Assembly: GCA_002633005.1 (NCBI GenBank)
Contig: NMRA01000640.1
Span: 172,623-236,622, forward strand
DNA length: 64,000 bases
Direction of reading: 5' to 3'
Source: Phoronis australis
Lineage: Eukaryota > Animalia > Phoronida
The notes beneath the pieces were generated by a model. It searched no databases, was not told the origin of the DNA, and saw nothing but the letters and a program-made list of their open reading frames with translations. This document shows, in pieces, positions 35,201 to 57,700 of the stretch (positions are counted from its first letter, which is position 1; every line of letters starts with the position of its first letter). A program made the position numbers and the translations under genes.

Positions 35201-36599
35201 AAAAATATTAAAGAAAATGGCATTTAACCGGATCTCAACTTGATCACATTTTTTAAAATTCGGTAGTTGCCATCATGCATACTCATTGATACCATGAGCG
35301 GTATTGCACTGATAAGGATATAGAGTGCCGTAGACGCAAGAACCTGGTAATTGGTCTCGGTGATAAAGTGGTATACCTTGTCTGTACTGCATGGTTGTAT
35401 TTCGCGAAGACTTGCGGGATTTTTGTGTTTTCGCAAGTGTACGCTACGGAACCGACATCAGGGCTCGGGTTCTCATCTTTTTACATTACGCGTTCTGCCA
35501 GGGCGTGTGTGACGACACCTGACTCCTTTGTTAATTGCATACCACAGACTTTTGTACCATATGACAACATGCTGGCCAAATTATCTCCCATGCTTCAAAG
35601 GGTTACTGAAACCAATGAGATATACCAAGAGATCATTGGGCCATTCTTGCTGGGCGATTTTGGTGATTCAAAAACTAGCATTTGACGAAGAATTCAGAAA
35701 TGTTGTTGGTTTATAATCAAATATGTCATTATAACTTAACCTTCATTTTTAACATCACAGCCCAGGCAGGCTGATATAATGTGATCGGAGATTAGAGCAA
35801 TTATCGAACAAAAGAGAGCTGGGCCCCCCAACCATAAATGCCGTGTATGAATGTGAGCGTGACTGTGCGCGCGAATGTTTATACTGTTTTGGCTTTATTG
35901 TATTTGCCTTACGATAACAATAAAACTTTTTGACAAAAAAATAAATGCCAGAATAGAGTTAATCAGTCGTGTAAGATATTGGCTACAGGGGTCATCGTGC
36001 CAACTTGTTGGGCTCAACGGAAAAACGAACGCCGTGATGACTCGAAATCTAACTTCCCAGTTTTGGAATTTTCTATTCTAGTTTTGTGTGAACTCAAGAT
36101 CTAAGTGTCTATTATTCTGGCTGTACTTCGGGAGCAAGTTTTCGGATATACAGAATTGATTAAACGCACGAGACTTTTCATTGTTGACAGCCTTTATTCC
36201 GTATTAGAATCCCTTTGCATTTGAGAAGCCTGTTTTGAATGAGCAGCAAACAGGGTCGCGCCGCACGTTACACTTGTTTGCGCGACTTTCCCGTTACCGC
36301 CCCCCCCCCCCTTCGTTAGTCATTCTTTGCAGTATTTCACACCCGCCGTGTCCCACTGTCTGTGATGGCATTACTGCGTCATTTTTTCTTCACTTGAGAA
36401 TGAAACAAGTACGGTTTCGAAATGTCGTGTGCCTTTTAATTACGTCGCTAGGTCAGTTACTTTATCTATGTTCAGTTGAGAGTAGAGTTTTGTAACGGAA
36501 TAAAGACTGTCAACAATGAAAGGTGTCGTTCGTTTAATCAATTCTGTCTATTATTCTGTGGAGTATGTCTTGAATACAGAATGTCTTACTAATCTTAGT

Positions 36600-36832
36600 T
36601 TGCAGTTGATGACCTCAGCATTAAGGTTAAAAGTTCGAATCTTAACTCGGAATTTCAAACTTTTATTCGCAATCTCAAACTTTACTCCGTCGAGCTCGGC
36701 TTGTTGCTCGAATCTTGGGGAAGTTGGGGTCATCAAGTGCGAACTTGGATTAGAAAGCCTTCCTCGCGCAACAGACTAATAGTCATTCATCAAAAGTACG
36801 GAAAATGCTAAAAATAATTTCGAGTTCGGGCC
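36600..36832. mobile_element. Diverged partial copy of the 55116-type MITE
   Basis: aagttcgaat...gaacttgga...aaaaataatttcgagttcgggcc resembles the right half of the family. Confidence 0.5.
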
Positions 36833-38000
36833 AAGGTAAGGAACTGCAGCTAGACGTCTTTTTTAATCGCGTCTTTACTAGATAATCCAACACTGCGTGT
36901 ATTATTTTATGGCCGGCAAAAATGGAAAATCTCGTACATATAGGATTACCACGTCAACATCAAATTTCACTCAGTGATTAAACTTTCTTATCAAGTGATT
37001 AGGCCTACATGATAAACATACCAGACATATAGATAACACCTGATAGTTTGTCTGTATTTATCTTCGAAATAAACGCTGTTTTTTAAGTTTCCGTGTAGTA
37101 GTTAGAAAATGGTAGACTTCATTCAGAGGCAGTGACGTTAAATTTGTCAAAGTAAAATTCATTCTTAAAACTTGGAGAATATAGCGACACAGCTGTTTCT
37201 TTTTTGTAGCTAAAATTGCCCATTTCACGTTGGCCGGTGATACTGAAAATTTGTGACTGAGTAAGCAGCGCCGTTATGACAGGAGACGTCATAGGCGGAT
37301 CTGAACAAAAAAAAAACAAAAAAACAACGACAGCTTCGCTCTCCTTTATAGTTTCAAAATATTTTATGAAGATTAAAATGTAACTGAAATCGAGGAAGTT
37401 CGAAAAGACAAGTATAATAAAATTGCCCACAATAAATCTATCTTAATATTACTGTCAGTCATATTATGCTGTCTTCAATTAGAAATGTGAAAGCTTCAAC
37501 CACGATCTTGGCATGATGATCACTTCAATTGGTTTGGCAGATAGGGGCGGATAGGGGCGGGGATCCCAAAAACGATGACGAAGGAATGTAAGGGGGTAGA
37601 ATGGCAGCGTTTCATGATCATATTTCAATGGAGTTTGTCAGATACTGAAGCACACGCAAAAATGCCATTGGGAGATGCCACAATAGACAAAAGGAACACA
37701 GGCATTAAATGTCTCGAAATAATGAGGCGCAGGAAAACAAACGCCACTCGGGGACACCATAGTAAACAATGAGACAGTCTGAAAAAAGTGCGCCAGACAT
37801 GGTTTTTTCAATAGGAATACATACAGCTCTACAATTTTCCATATTCTAATTTTAGCGCACCCAAAATTAGTTAACATTATTTTAACTTTCTGTTAAATTC
37901 GAACATGGCGCATACCTAGAGTGACCCGTGATGATGCTTACCTAATATTCTAACATTCCGCCGCGCATCAGTTTTAGGCCGCATTCATGAGACTGTCCTG

Positions 38001-38045
38001 GACTAGGTAAACTGTTATATCACTGATATAACAGTTTACCTAGTC
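38001..38045. repeat. Perfect 45-bp palindrome (22-bp arms, 1-nt spacer)
   Basis: gactaggtaaactgttatatca-c-tgatataacagtttacctagtc. Confidence 0.95.
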
Positions 38046-40665
38046 ATGATGAGGTTAATCCCATTTCACATCTCCTTTAAGCTGTATATTCACGTCACTG
38101 GATTGACAAGGGGGCCTATCCTATGTCGTCTGTGTTCCTTTTGTGTTTTCTCTTTCACTTGATTGGTATAAGCACTTCCGAGAATTTCCGAAAATAGGTA
38201 CGCCCCTGGACAGGTGTCTGGAAAACGATCCTTTCAAGAACGTCAAATGAACCGAATGTACGGCCCGGACGTCACGGTAGTTTGAGAAGGGGGATTATTT
38301 TGGCAGGAAATTGTCCATACTAAAATAGCAGTCAGCAAACAAAAAGTTTCCTTCACACTGCGCCAATATGGTGAGTTACCAACAAGGTCACCCAACATAT
38401 CTGCGTTCAAGAGTTCAACGATAGTCATTTGAGTAAAATGGCGATCCCAAAATATTACTGACTTGCCAACTTTAAAATAAATAAAATTTTATAGCGAATC
38501 ACATTGCATACCTATTTTAGAACAATTCATCAGATTTTGAAAACTTGCATACACTTACCTAAAATTTGCCCATGGGCATATTGTTGGAAAAAAATTCAAA
38601 ACTACACCCATGGATGTACTTTTGGGTGGGCCTATTTTCGGCGGAAACTTCCAACACTAAAGACCCTTTCATACTAACGTCGACGTGTCGATGTTTTGGG
38701 GAGTTGGGGTCAGTATGAACGGCTAACTTCGGTCCTGGATCGAAGTTAACAGCGACAATTAACTTCACAGTAAATAGGTGGATTGAACAGCGGAGTGTTG
38801 TAGCTGCAGAACGGTCAACTTCTGTCCAATCGAAGTTATCGCCAGGGACCACTGCTATCGTCAACAATTAAAGGGCAGTGTCGTAGCTAAAAGTTGCTTA
38901 TAGTTTACTCGAATAAATCACCGATCGAATTAGAAACAAGTTTTATGTCAATTACCACATGTAAATGTTCCCAAATTGTCGCATGTGAACAAATCTCGTT
39001 AAGCGTGTATGCGATACATCAGCGCCACCTTGCGACTACTTCAATGACAACAGCGTGACCTATTATTGTTTCTACTTGGATGTCCGTTAACTACCGAAGC
39101 CGTTATGAACGGTTCAGTTAACTTCGCAGTTTGCGTCGACGCTCCGTTCAAACCGGAGTTAAGTCAGAATGAAAGGGTCTTAACACTTGAACTTAAGCAT
39201 TTCGATCTAACTGCATGAACTTTTATATTGCGTTATTGGGCGGTTAAGTCGCGTCATTTTCGGTCTAACAAAATTAATTCAAACTGAACAAGTGTATCCC
39301 TAGATGAAGCTCGCGGGTCCTGATTGGTGTCCGAATTTGGCGGAGTCACCAACTTCCTTTTTACTGTTGTCTGAATATGGTGTGGTGAATCTTTTCAAAA
39401 TTAAATGACAAGTCGACATGACAAAAATTGAAGAAATTGAAAATCGTTTGTCGGCTAGAAATGACGCGCCGTATTTTCGTAATTCGGTTAAGCGAAAAAC
39501 GTTATTGGTATTTACACTTAAGTCGGCCTGAGGCTGCCATGTATTCGTGCGATGGAAGTCTTCAGATGAGTATGTTGTTAACTAGAAGGACAAATATTCT
39601 TGTTTATCTTGCCTAGACACAATTAAGGGCTTCATGGTGACGTATAAGACATTGTTTAAGAAGATACAACAGCGTCCGCCATACCGCAATATACCTCCGA
39701 ATAACGTGAAATTCATAAAAAAATGCTTCTCAACCGGTACCGGAAGCGTTGACGCACCAACCAAGTTCGAAAACGTCAACTGGTCGGAGTAAGCTCTTTC
39801 CACGCTTTTCAGTTTTGATATCAGTGCTCCATGACCGGCCGAGACACCAGCAGCTTTTCAGACCTGTTACATAAAAATCGATCTGCATACGGCTTCAACA
39901 AAGTCACAAAGGGATAAGAAAAACTAATACAACCGTAAACCCGCATCACTCTTCGGTTTTCAGTTGAAGAATCGTTAATATCGTTTTTTTTAATAGCTGA
40001 CTGAAAGATTTCAAATATATTTCGCAGCGACGGTAAAATACGCAAAACTGACCAACAATGTCTTCAAAATTGTATCATTGTCCTTTAATAAATTGTGAAT
40101 ATGGCTTAATCACAACATCAAAAAACATCTAAAACTTTTTACAGCTGTATATTAGTTTATACCAGGGCATTTGACAATCAAAAATTACTTGAGGCTTTGC
40201 AAGAAAATTGACCAATCATATGGCATGCTTAGAATAAACTTTCAATGCCATCAGTCTCATAACTTTCAAGTCGGTTATGGGTAGTCATGGCCTTTAGTTT
40301 GCCCTACATCAGAACATTCGGTGAGCTGTTTTAAAATTCCACAGAATGGTCTGATTTAGAACAAATGTAAAAATGTACACATCTCGGTCACAATTCGACT
40401 TCAAAATGGTTGAAATGAGAAGCTTCAAGTTCAGTAGGTGGCACTGTTGAACCAATGGACCAACCAGAACTCTGATGGCTACGTGAAACCCTAATTTCAC
40501 AATAAACTCATGCACTTGGATATGCAGAGAACAGCTTTTTGTTCTCATTGTATTCAAAGAAAGAGAGCTTTTTTCATTGATCATCACTAGCTATAAGTAA
40601 ATATAAATGTAAAGCCTCCTGTAACAGTTCACAGTATATTTACAAAGATTTGCAAACAGGAGTCC

Positions 40666-40822
40666 CAGTGACAGATTTAGAGGGGGCCAAGGGGGCCATG
40701 GTTCCTCTAAAATTCTCCCCGATTCCATTTGGCAATTCGGGGATGCGAATGTCTGACGGGCAAAATCCTGGTTAATACTCTGCCCTGGCACCCCGCAAAT
40801 AAAAATCCTGAATCTGCCTCTG
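40666..40822. mobile_element. Short MITE with CAG...CTG ends and a 5-bp TSD (AGTCC)
   Basis: AGTCC|CAGTGACAGATTTAG ... CTGAATCTGCCTCTG|AGTCC. Confidence 0.75.
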
Positions 40823-41714
40823 AGTCCCATTACTGATGCATTTTACAGGGTCGTCAGTTGTTTCAAGGCTACTAGTTAAACTTGTGCAAATTTATCAACA
40901 TTCCCCCTTCAGCTCAATGAACTTGGACATTTCTGCAACATTTCTGCACCATTTTCATTATAAAGATGACAAAAAAAATCATACACTACACGCCTTGTAT
41001 GCTGACAGGAGGAACTGGATTATACTTTAACAGGTTAGAACTAGCACTTTAATAATGAGCTGAAATACAGTGAAATTAAAATAACATTAGATTGTGCAGA
41101 TTACACAAGCTTTAGGGTGAATCTGCATCAAGTGTTGCAAAGGTATTTCTTAATCACAACTTCACAAGCTTACATTATGATAGGTGAACTTCGAAATAGC
41201 CCCATCATATTAAAGTTTACTATCCCTCCAGATAGTGATCAGGTCTTTGGCAGACAGACGTTCAGCGCTACCTACCCATGTAATGCGGACAGACATTTCA
41301 ACCTATTAGTATGAACAGCTATTATAATGATAGCAAACCTTTTGAAATATCACTGGATGAACAAGGGCATCATGTTCCATACATTTCCCTCTGCAAAGTA
41401 GAATCTGTGAGAAAACCAGTGGCTGAGGCTGATAAAGCGGGACAATTTCGACCCCACCTGGTGTCAAAAAGCTAAAATAAGTTATTGAACTTAAACTAAT
41501 AAAACAATAGGAGGCGATAACAGAGGAATTTATTCCCAAGCTTTTGAATAATGAACCACTATGTAGTAACTTTTGTGTTCTCTTTAGTGTAGAAAGAGCC
41601 AATGTGAAAGTCTTCTACAGTATTTTTCCATGTCATGATTGGTGAGTTGACGTTATGCTAAGTATGGAGCCCTGTTTACAAGCCATCAATAACAAACGCT
41701 AAAAGCATATGGGG

Positions 41715-41908
41715 ACTGTTTACTAACAAAAAAACTGGGGTATAAATATAGAAATTGACAAATGTCCCTTTGGTGGGAGTTTGCCTCGTTTTCTACATTT
41801 TTTTGGACTTTTTGTTTCTCTGAGGCGGACCTTTTTGCCCACTCTGTCAAATGGGGAAGGGAGGGGGGCCTGTTTGAGCCCCTGAGCTCCCTCCTGGGTG
41901 CGTGCACG
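41715..41908 (-). mobile_element. Truncated CATGCGCGCACCCAG-family MITE 17 nt downstream of the TSSC4 stop codon
   Basis: Reverse complement reads cgtgcacgcacccaggagggagctcaggggctc...aaaaaggtccgcctcagagaaacaaaaagtcc, matching the 25035 copy. Confidence 0.7.
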
Positions 41909-41925
41909 CGTACACAAGTTCAGAA

Positions 41926-42633
41926 TTAGCTATCCTCTTCATCCTCGTCTTCTAAATGGCTTAAGTTAACAACGTTTCCCGATGCAACCACTTTCTTATC
42001 CTTTGAAGCTTTCCTTGGTTTCTTGGGAGCACTTCCTACAACATACTCAGGCATCCTTCTTTTGCCATCAACAAAGGCTACTCCTTTATGACCCGTGTCT
42101 TGATCTTGCACACTAGACTGAGAGGCAGGCCTTTGCGTGAATGAGATTCTTTCTGATTCTTCATTAGTCTCTGTAGACTCGTCAATTTCTTTCATCTTCC
42201 TGCGCTCTTCAAGGAAAGAGAAGGCTGCAGCAGCATTTGATTTATCTGACATTTGGTCATGTGAAACATCACTCAGGTCATATTTCGTCCATTTAGAAGG
42301 GTCTTTAGGAATCTGCTGTCTCCTACCACCCCTTGGCCTGGGGCAAGGCCTTTGTGTGTACCTAGGCCTAAAATCACTGCCACTGGCGTCTTTGTTGGCT
42401 CTAAAGTCACTATCGCGCACATCCCTCGAATGTGGAATCAATTTCTTCTCAACTACTGGCATTTTCGGAAACTTTGGTTCCGGCGTGCCAGGTCTTTTGA
42501 ATTTTTCATGGTCGTCATTATCTGCGTAATCAGAGACATTTTTCTCATGCTTCGTTTCTAAATCGCCGAGACTGTCAAACACACTGGACTGGCGCACTTT
42601 AAACTTTTTATCTTCAGTATTTAGGGAAAACAT
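41926..42633 (-). CDS. TSSC4: TSSC4-like protein (U5 snRNP / tri-snRNP assembly factor), single coding exon, 235 aa
   Basis: First ATG at 42633 (MFSL...FKVRQSSVFDSL). Conserved blocks PSKWTKYDLSDV...SDKSNAAAAFSFL, RRMPEYVVG and C-terminal LSHLEDEDEE match my recollection of the TSSC4 family. Confidence 0.85.
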   Translation of the reverse strand: MFSLNTEDKKFKVRQSSVFDSLGDLETKHEKNVSDYADNDDHEKFKRPGTPEPKFPKMPVVEKKLIPHSRDVRDSDFRANKDASGSDFRPRYTQRPCPRPRGGRRQQIPKDPSKWTKYDLSDVSHDQMSDKSNAAAAFSFLEERRKMKEIDESTETNEESERISFTQRPASQSSVQDQDTGHKGVAFVDGKRRMPEYVVGSAPKKPRKASKDKKVVASGNVVNLSHLEDEDEEDS

Positions 42634-42954
42634 AACTGCAACCCCCACAAATAACAATTATCCACAATAAGAGTTAAGGACAGAAACAGAACAATCAACA
42701 CTTCATGGGCGCAGACATGTTGAAATACGGAAATTGCCGATCAGAACAAAATATTTATTATAGATTTTTTTTAACAAAATAAATATATCTGTATGTTTAA
42801 AACAAGATGATATTGTAAATATTATGCTTTTTAAATAACATACTGAACCAAAAAATGTTCTAAAAAAGTACAGGCAAAGACGGAGAATACCGAAGCGGCA
42901 GCCATATCCGTGACGAAAGCCGACCGGTCTTTGTCCAACACTGTGTTCATCAAA
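42634..42954. promoter_or_regulatory. Putative bidirectional promoter shared by TSSC4 and ACTL6
   Basis: Only 321 bp separate the divergent start codons. An AT-rich core is flanked by two more GC-rich ends carrying CGGAA and GCCAT/ACATG-type motifs; the motif roles are inferred. Confidence 0.7.
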
Positions 42955-53589
<10,635 letters not shown>

Positions 53590-53688
53590 TCTGTCCACTC
53601 TGCAAATGTTAGGATTACTTCCATCTTATTTATCATATTTTTATACTGAACCACGGTAGCCATTTGTGGTAGAGAATAATTCTTGTAA

Positions 53689-53694
53689 AATAAA
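53689..53694 (+). terminator. Candidate ACTL6 polyadenylation signal
   Basis: AATAAA 100 nt after the stop codon. Confidence 0.5.
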
Positions 53695-54602
53695 CAGGTT
53701 TTATAACATATCTGCTTTCTTTGACAGTCGAAGGAGAAACAATACACAAGACACGTTTCATGACAGCTACATACAATACACAGCAAGAATTCATACAAAA
53801 TGACTCATTATTCCCCTTCGTGATGGCTGAGCGGAAGTCGAATCCAGTCACAATAGCCTTTCCTAATGCCCAAGAACGAAGGGCAACAAACAAGAAAGTC
53901 ACCAAGTCATTGAGTGGTTAGAATTTTGTCACCATAATAGCCATTACAGTCATTTTTGCTGTTGACAGAATTAAAGGTCATGACAAGGCAATAGTGTTTT
54001 TTCTCGATTGCTTTTGTTGTGTGCTGTACATGTGCACTTGTGCTCCAGATGCAAAATCTGTCGTTTGCACATCGCTATAGATGCCACTGCACCACAGACC
54101 TCTCCTTTGCAAGAAACCTCCATTAAACTACAATAAGAACAACGGCTGACCAATCAAAAAGTTTTGAGTTGTCTTGTGTCTAGGCAAGACTACAAAGCTG
54201 TTGACAAAACAATAGTTTAGGAGCTTACAAGTCTCGAAGAGTTTCAACGAAAATTTGCGTATTCTACCTAGTGTTTGGTAAGAAACCAACCTCATCGCCG
54301 ACGGCCATGTTGCTTTAAGTACTTAAAATCACAACTCACTTCCTGAGTTCAGTCCTCAGCTACAACAGATCGACAGTTCTTCAAGTCCAAAAATCACATT
54401 TGAGTGGAATACCAGCTGAAAGTATGTTGATAGTTATAGGTGCTCAAATTATCTAGTTCAGTGTTTGTGACATCAAAGTCCCAAAGGCAAGCGCATTGGG
54501 GTTTTTATTATTTAAAAGTGGAACAGTTCTGTAGCTTTCAAAAACAACATATTTCCATCAACAAAATTTTCGAAGCAAAAATCACTGACGATTTCAACAA
54601 AA

Positions 54603-54608
54603 TTTATT
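54603..54608 (-). terminator. Candidate RLIG1 polyadenylation signal
   Basis: AATAAA on the - strand, about 100 nt after the stop at 54711. Confidence 0.45.
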
Positions 54609-54710
54609 AACTTTTAAAATTTCGTTAATACAAGTGACTGAAAACCAATGAATGACTGCGACGGCACTAAACAGCTTCATGTGGCTTCATTAGCACTGAA
54701 CACCTGGAGA

Positions 54711-57700
54711 TCAATCACTGCAAGCCATCTGCAACGCTTCGTTCAATTTCGCCATACAGTTCACTCTCTGTCCCCGTAGTCTCATCAACTGACCAATGTT
54801 CGTTTTACAGTCCTCTGTGTCCGACACACTACTGGAGTCAATGTTGATCACAATAGGACGCAAAGCTAGACTTGGCTCTGTGATGGGCCAAGGCAAGCCC
54901 AGGTGATGTCTGTGAAGCTGCAAGGATCAATGTCAGCCAAGTCTTAAAGGATGATACCTTCACAATGCTAGCTCTTGTCTCAAGTAGATTAAAACCACAT
55001 GTTGTAGAAAGACATTTTAGTTAGCAAGTAGGTTCATATGTATGCACACTACCTCTGCAGTTTTCAAAAAAGTCGGTGACACACTTTGGCATCATCCAAG
55101 TTATGGCAAAACCGTGGCCCGGTCTCCAATCTTTTTACTCGAAATGGAACTCGAAATTAGGTTTGGCATTTTCTACTCTACTTTTGGGCAAACTCAAGAT
55201 AAGTGTCTATTATTCTATGCTCGAGTACACAATAACTTACGTAGATAATTTATTGCCCTTAGTTCACAGTTTGTAAACCCATTATTAAAGCAATAAGTTC
55301 GAGTTTGAACTTGAAATTTTGAGTTTTTACTCGAGTTTGTAGCACGAATATAAGGGTCTTCAAGGGCAAACTTGAACTAGAAACTCCTATGCATAAACTA
55401 TAATGTATTCGAGCACAGTCTGATAACCAATTATCTTAAGTTCGCACAAAAGGAGCAGAGAAATTGCCAAAAATAGTTTCGAGTTCGTTTCGAGTACAAA
55501 GATTAGAGACCGGGCCTGTGAAGAAAACCAGATGATACAATGTAAAAAGTATTAGAATTTGAAATCTAGCTGGGCGAATGTTCCTTAGAAATACTGCCAC
55601 TTTTGAACTACAAGATATATCCATCTGTCAACTTCTGTTGGAAAATAACGCATGTTCAAAGCAAGACTAGCGATATAAATCAACAACTTAAATGGTCCTT
55701 TTGTGTGCACTATATCATAGGATGATTTGGTAATGTCTACTTAATAATGTAAAAAAATCAATTCTGTATGACGTATACTAAATGAAAGCAGAGGATGACG
55801 TTGACTTCACCAGTAGCAGCAGAATATCTAATCCTACTAGGTGCTCAATAGATTGCGCTGAATAGGAGCTACAACAAAGATACAGTACACACCAAGTACG
55901 ATTCCCAGAGTACAAGCGGAATTTACCACCTGAGTAGCTAGAATGACTCCCTGTGATGGGTAAATGGTATACGATAACTGTTATCATGTACTGCGCACCA
56001 TAACCATACCTTATAAAGCTGACCTTTTGGACAGTGCCAAACCAGTCCTTCTACATTGCCGGCTGGATCACATGATAGATATTCCTTCAACAAGTTGTAG
56101 TTCAATTCTCTCACCCGCTCGCACTTAATGCAGCCATGGGGAATGAGAACGTGAAGAGGGCGGGACTTACTACCCATTTCTGTAAATGACAGTTAAGATA
56201 CTCTTTTCTTTACATTCTCCAATTTAGAACAAAGGATGCGTCTCGTCAATCAAAAATTATCACTAAAATTTAACCGCTCCGTAATTTTGTGCCCTGTTTG
56301 TGTTTGTTTTTTACTATTAATAACTTTTAATTTTTTTTAAATGTGGATAAGGTTTCTGCAGAAACCTCATTTCATATGGCCACAGCTGAGTGAGTAAATG
56401 TCAGCTGTCACTCATTGCAGCGACCATTTTAGGTGGTGCTGCACCATCAAAAAAATTACTTTTGATTACAGAAAATATGAGTATTATTTGGGTGAAGTTT
56501 CAACTGAACTAAACATTTTATGAAGTTTTTAACTATTTAAAGCGGAAAGAGTATCATTAAGGCAAACGCTTTCCTCTAGTCTGCATCAAGCCCAAGCTCG
56601 TTCTGGTTGGATTGTACGCTCTGAAGCAATTTTTCGTTGGTATTACAAATGTTGAGAAAACAAGATTTTTATTCCTAATAGTTCGGATAACACATGAGGG
56701 CTGTTCCAGCAAAATCTGTGTGNNNNNNNNNNNNNNNNNNNNNNNNNNNNNNNNNNNNNNNNNNNNNNNNNNNNNNNNNNNNNNNNNNNNNNNNNNNNNN
56801 NNNNNNNNNNNNNNNNNNNNNNNNNNNNNNNNNNNNNNNNNNNNNNNNNNNNNNNNNNNNNNNNNNNNNNNNNNNNNNNNNNNNNNNNNNNNNNNNNNNN
56901 NNNNNNNNNNNNNNNNNNNNNNNNNNNNNNNNNNNNNNNNNNNNNNNNNNNNNNNNNNNNNNNNNNNNNNNNNNNNNNNNNNNNNNNNNNNNNNNNNNNN
57001 NNNNNNNNNNNNNNNNNNNNNNNNNNNNNNNNNNNNNNNNNNNNNNNNNNNNNNNNNNNNNNNNNNNNNNNNNNNNNNNNNNNNNNNNNNNNNNNNNNNN
57101 NNNNNNNNNNNNNNNNNNNNNNNNNNNNNNNNNNNNNTTGAAATCTAGCTGGAAGAATATTCCTTAGAAATACCGCCACTTTTGGACTAGAAGATATATC
57201 CATCTGTCAACTTCTGTTGGAAAATAACACGGGTTCAAAGCAAGACTAGCAATATAACTTAACAACTTACATGGTCCATTTGTGTGCACTATATCACAGG
57301 AAGATTTGGCAATGTCAACTTAATGTTAAAAAATCAATTCTGTATGGCGTATACTAAATGAATGCAGAGGATGACGTTGACTTCACCAGTAGCAGCAGAA
57401 TATCTAATCCTGCCCGGTGCTCAATAGATGGCGCTGAATAGGAGCTACAACAAAGATACAGTACACACCAAGTACGATTCCCCGAGTACAAGCGGAATTT
57501 ACCACCTGAGTAGCTAGAATGACTCACTGTGATGGGGAAATAGTATATGATAACATTTAGCATGTACTGCGCACCATAACCATACCTTATAAAGCTGACC
57601 TTTTGGACAGTGCCAAACCAGTCCTTCTACGTTGCCGGCTGGACCACATGATAGATATTCCTTCAACAAGTTATAGTTCAATTCTCTCACCTGCTCACAC

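Noticed and set aside
42137-42561. Plus-strand ORFs of 130 and 69 aa
   Set aside because: Antisense shadows of the TSSC4 coding sequence.
42672-42681. U12 branch-point-like TCCTTAAC on the minus strand upstream of the TSSC4 ATG
   Set aside because: No RTATCCTT donor in the intergenic region and the next AG is ~37 nt away; most likely chance.
56612-57203. Long ORFs of 157-186 aa
   Set aside because: Made almost entirely of N-gap positions.
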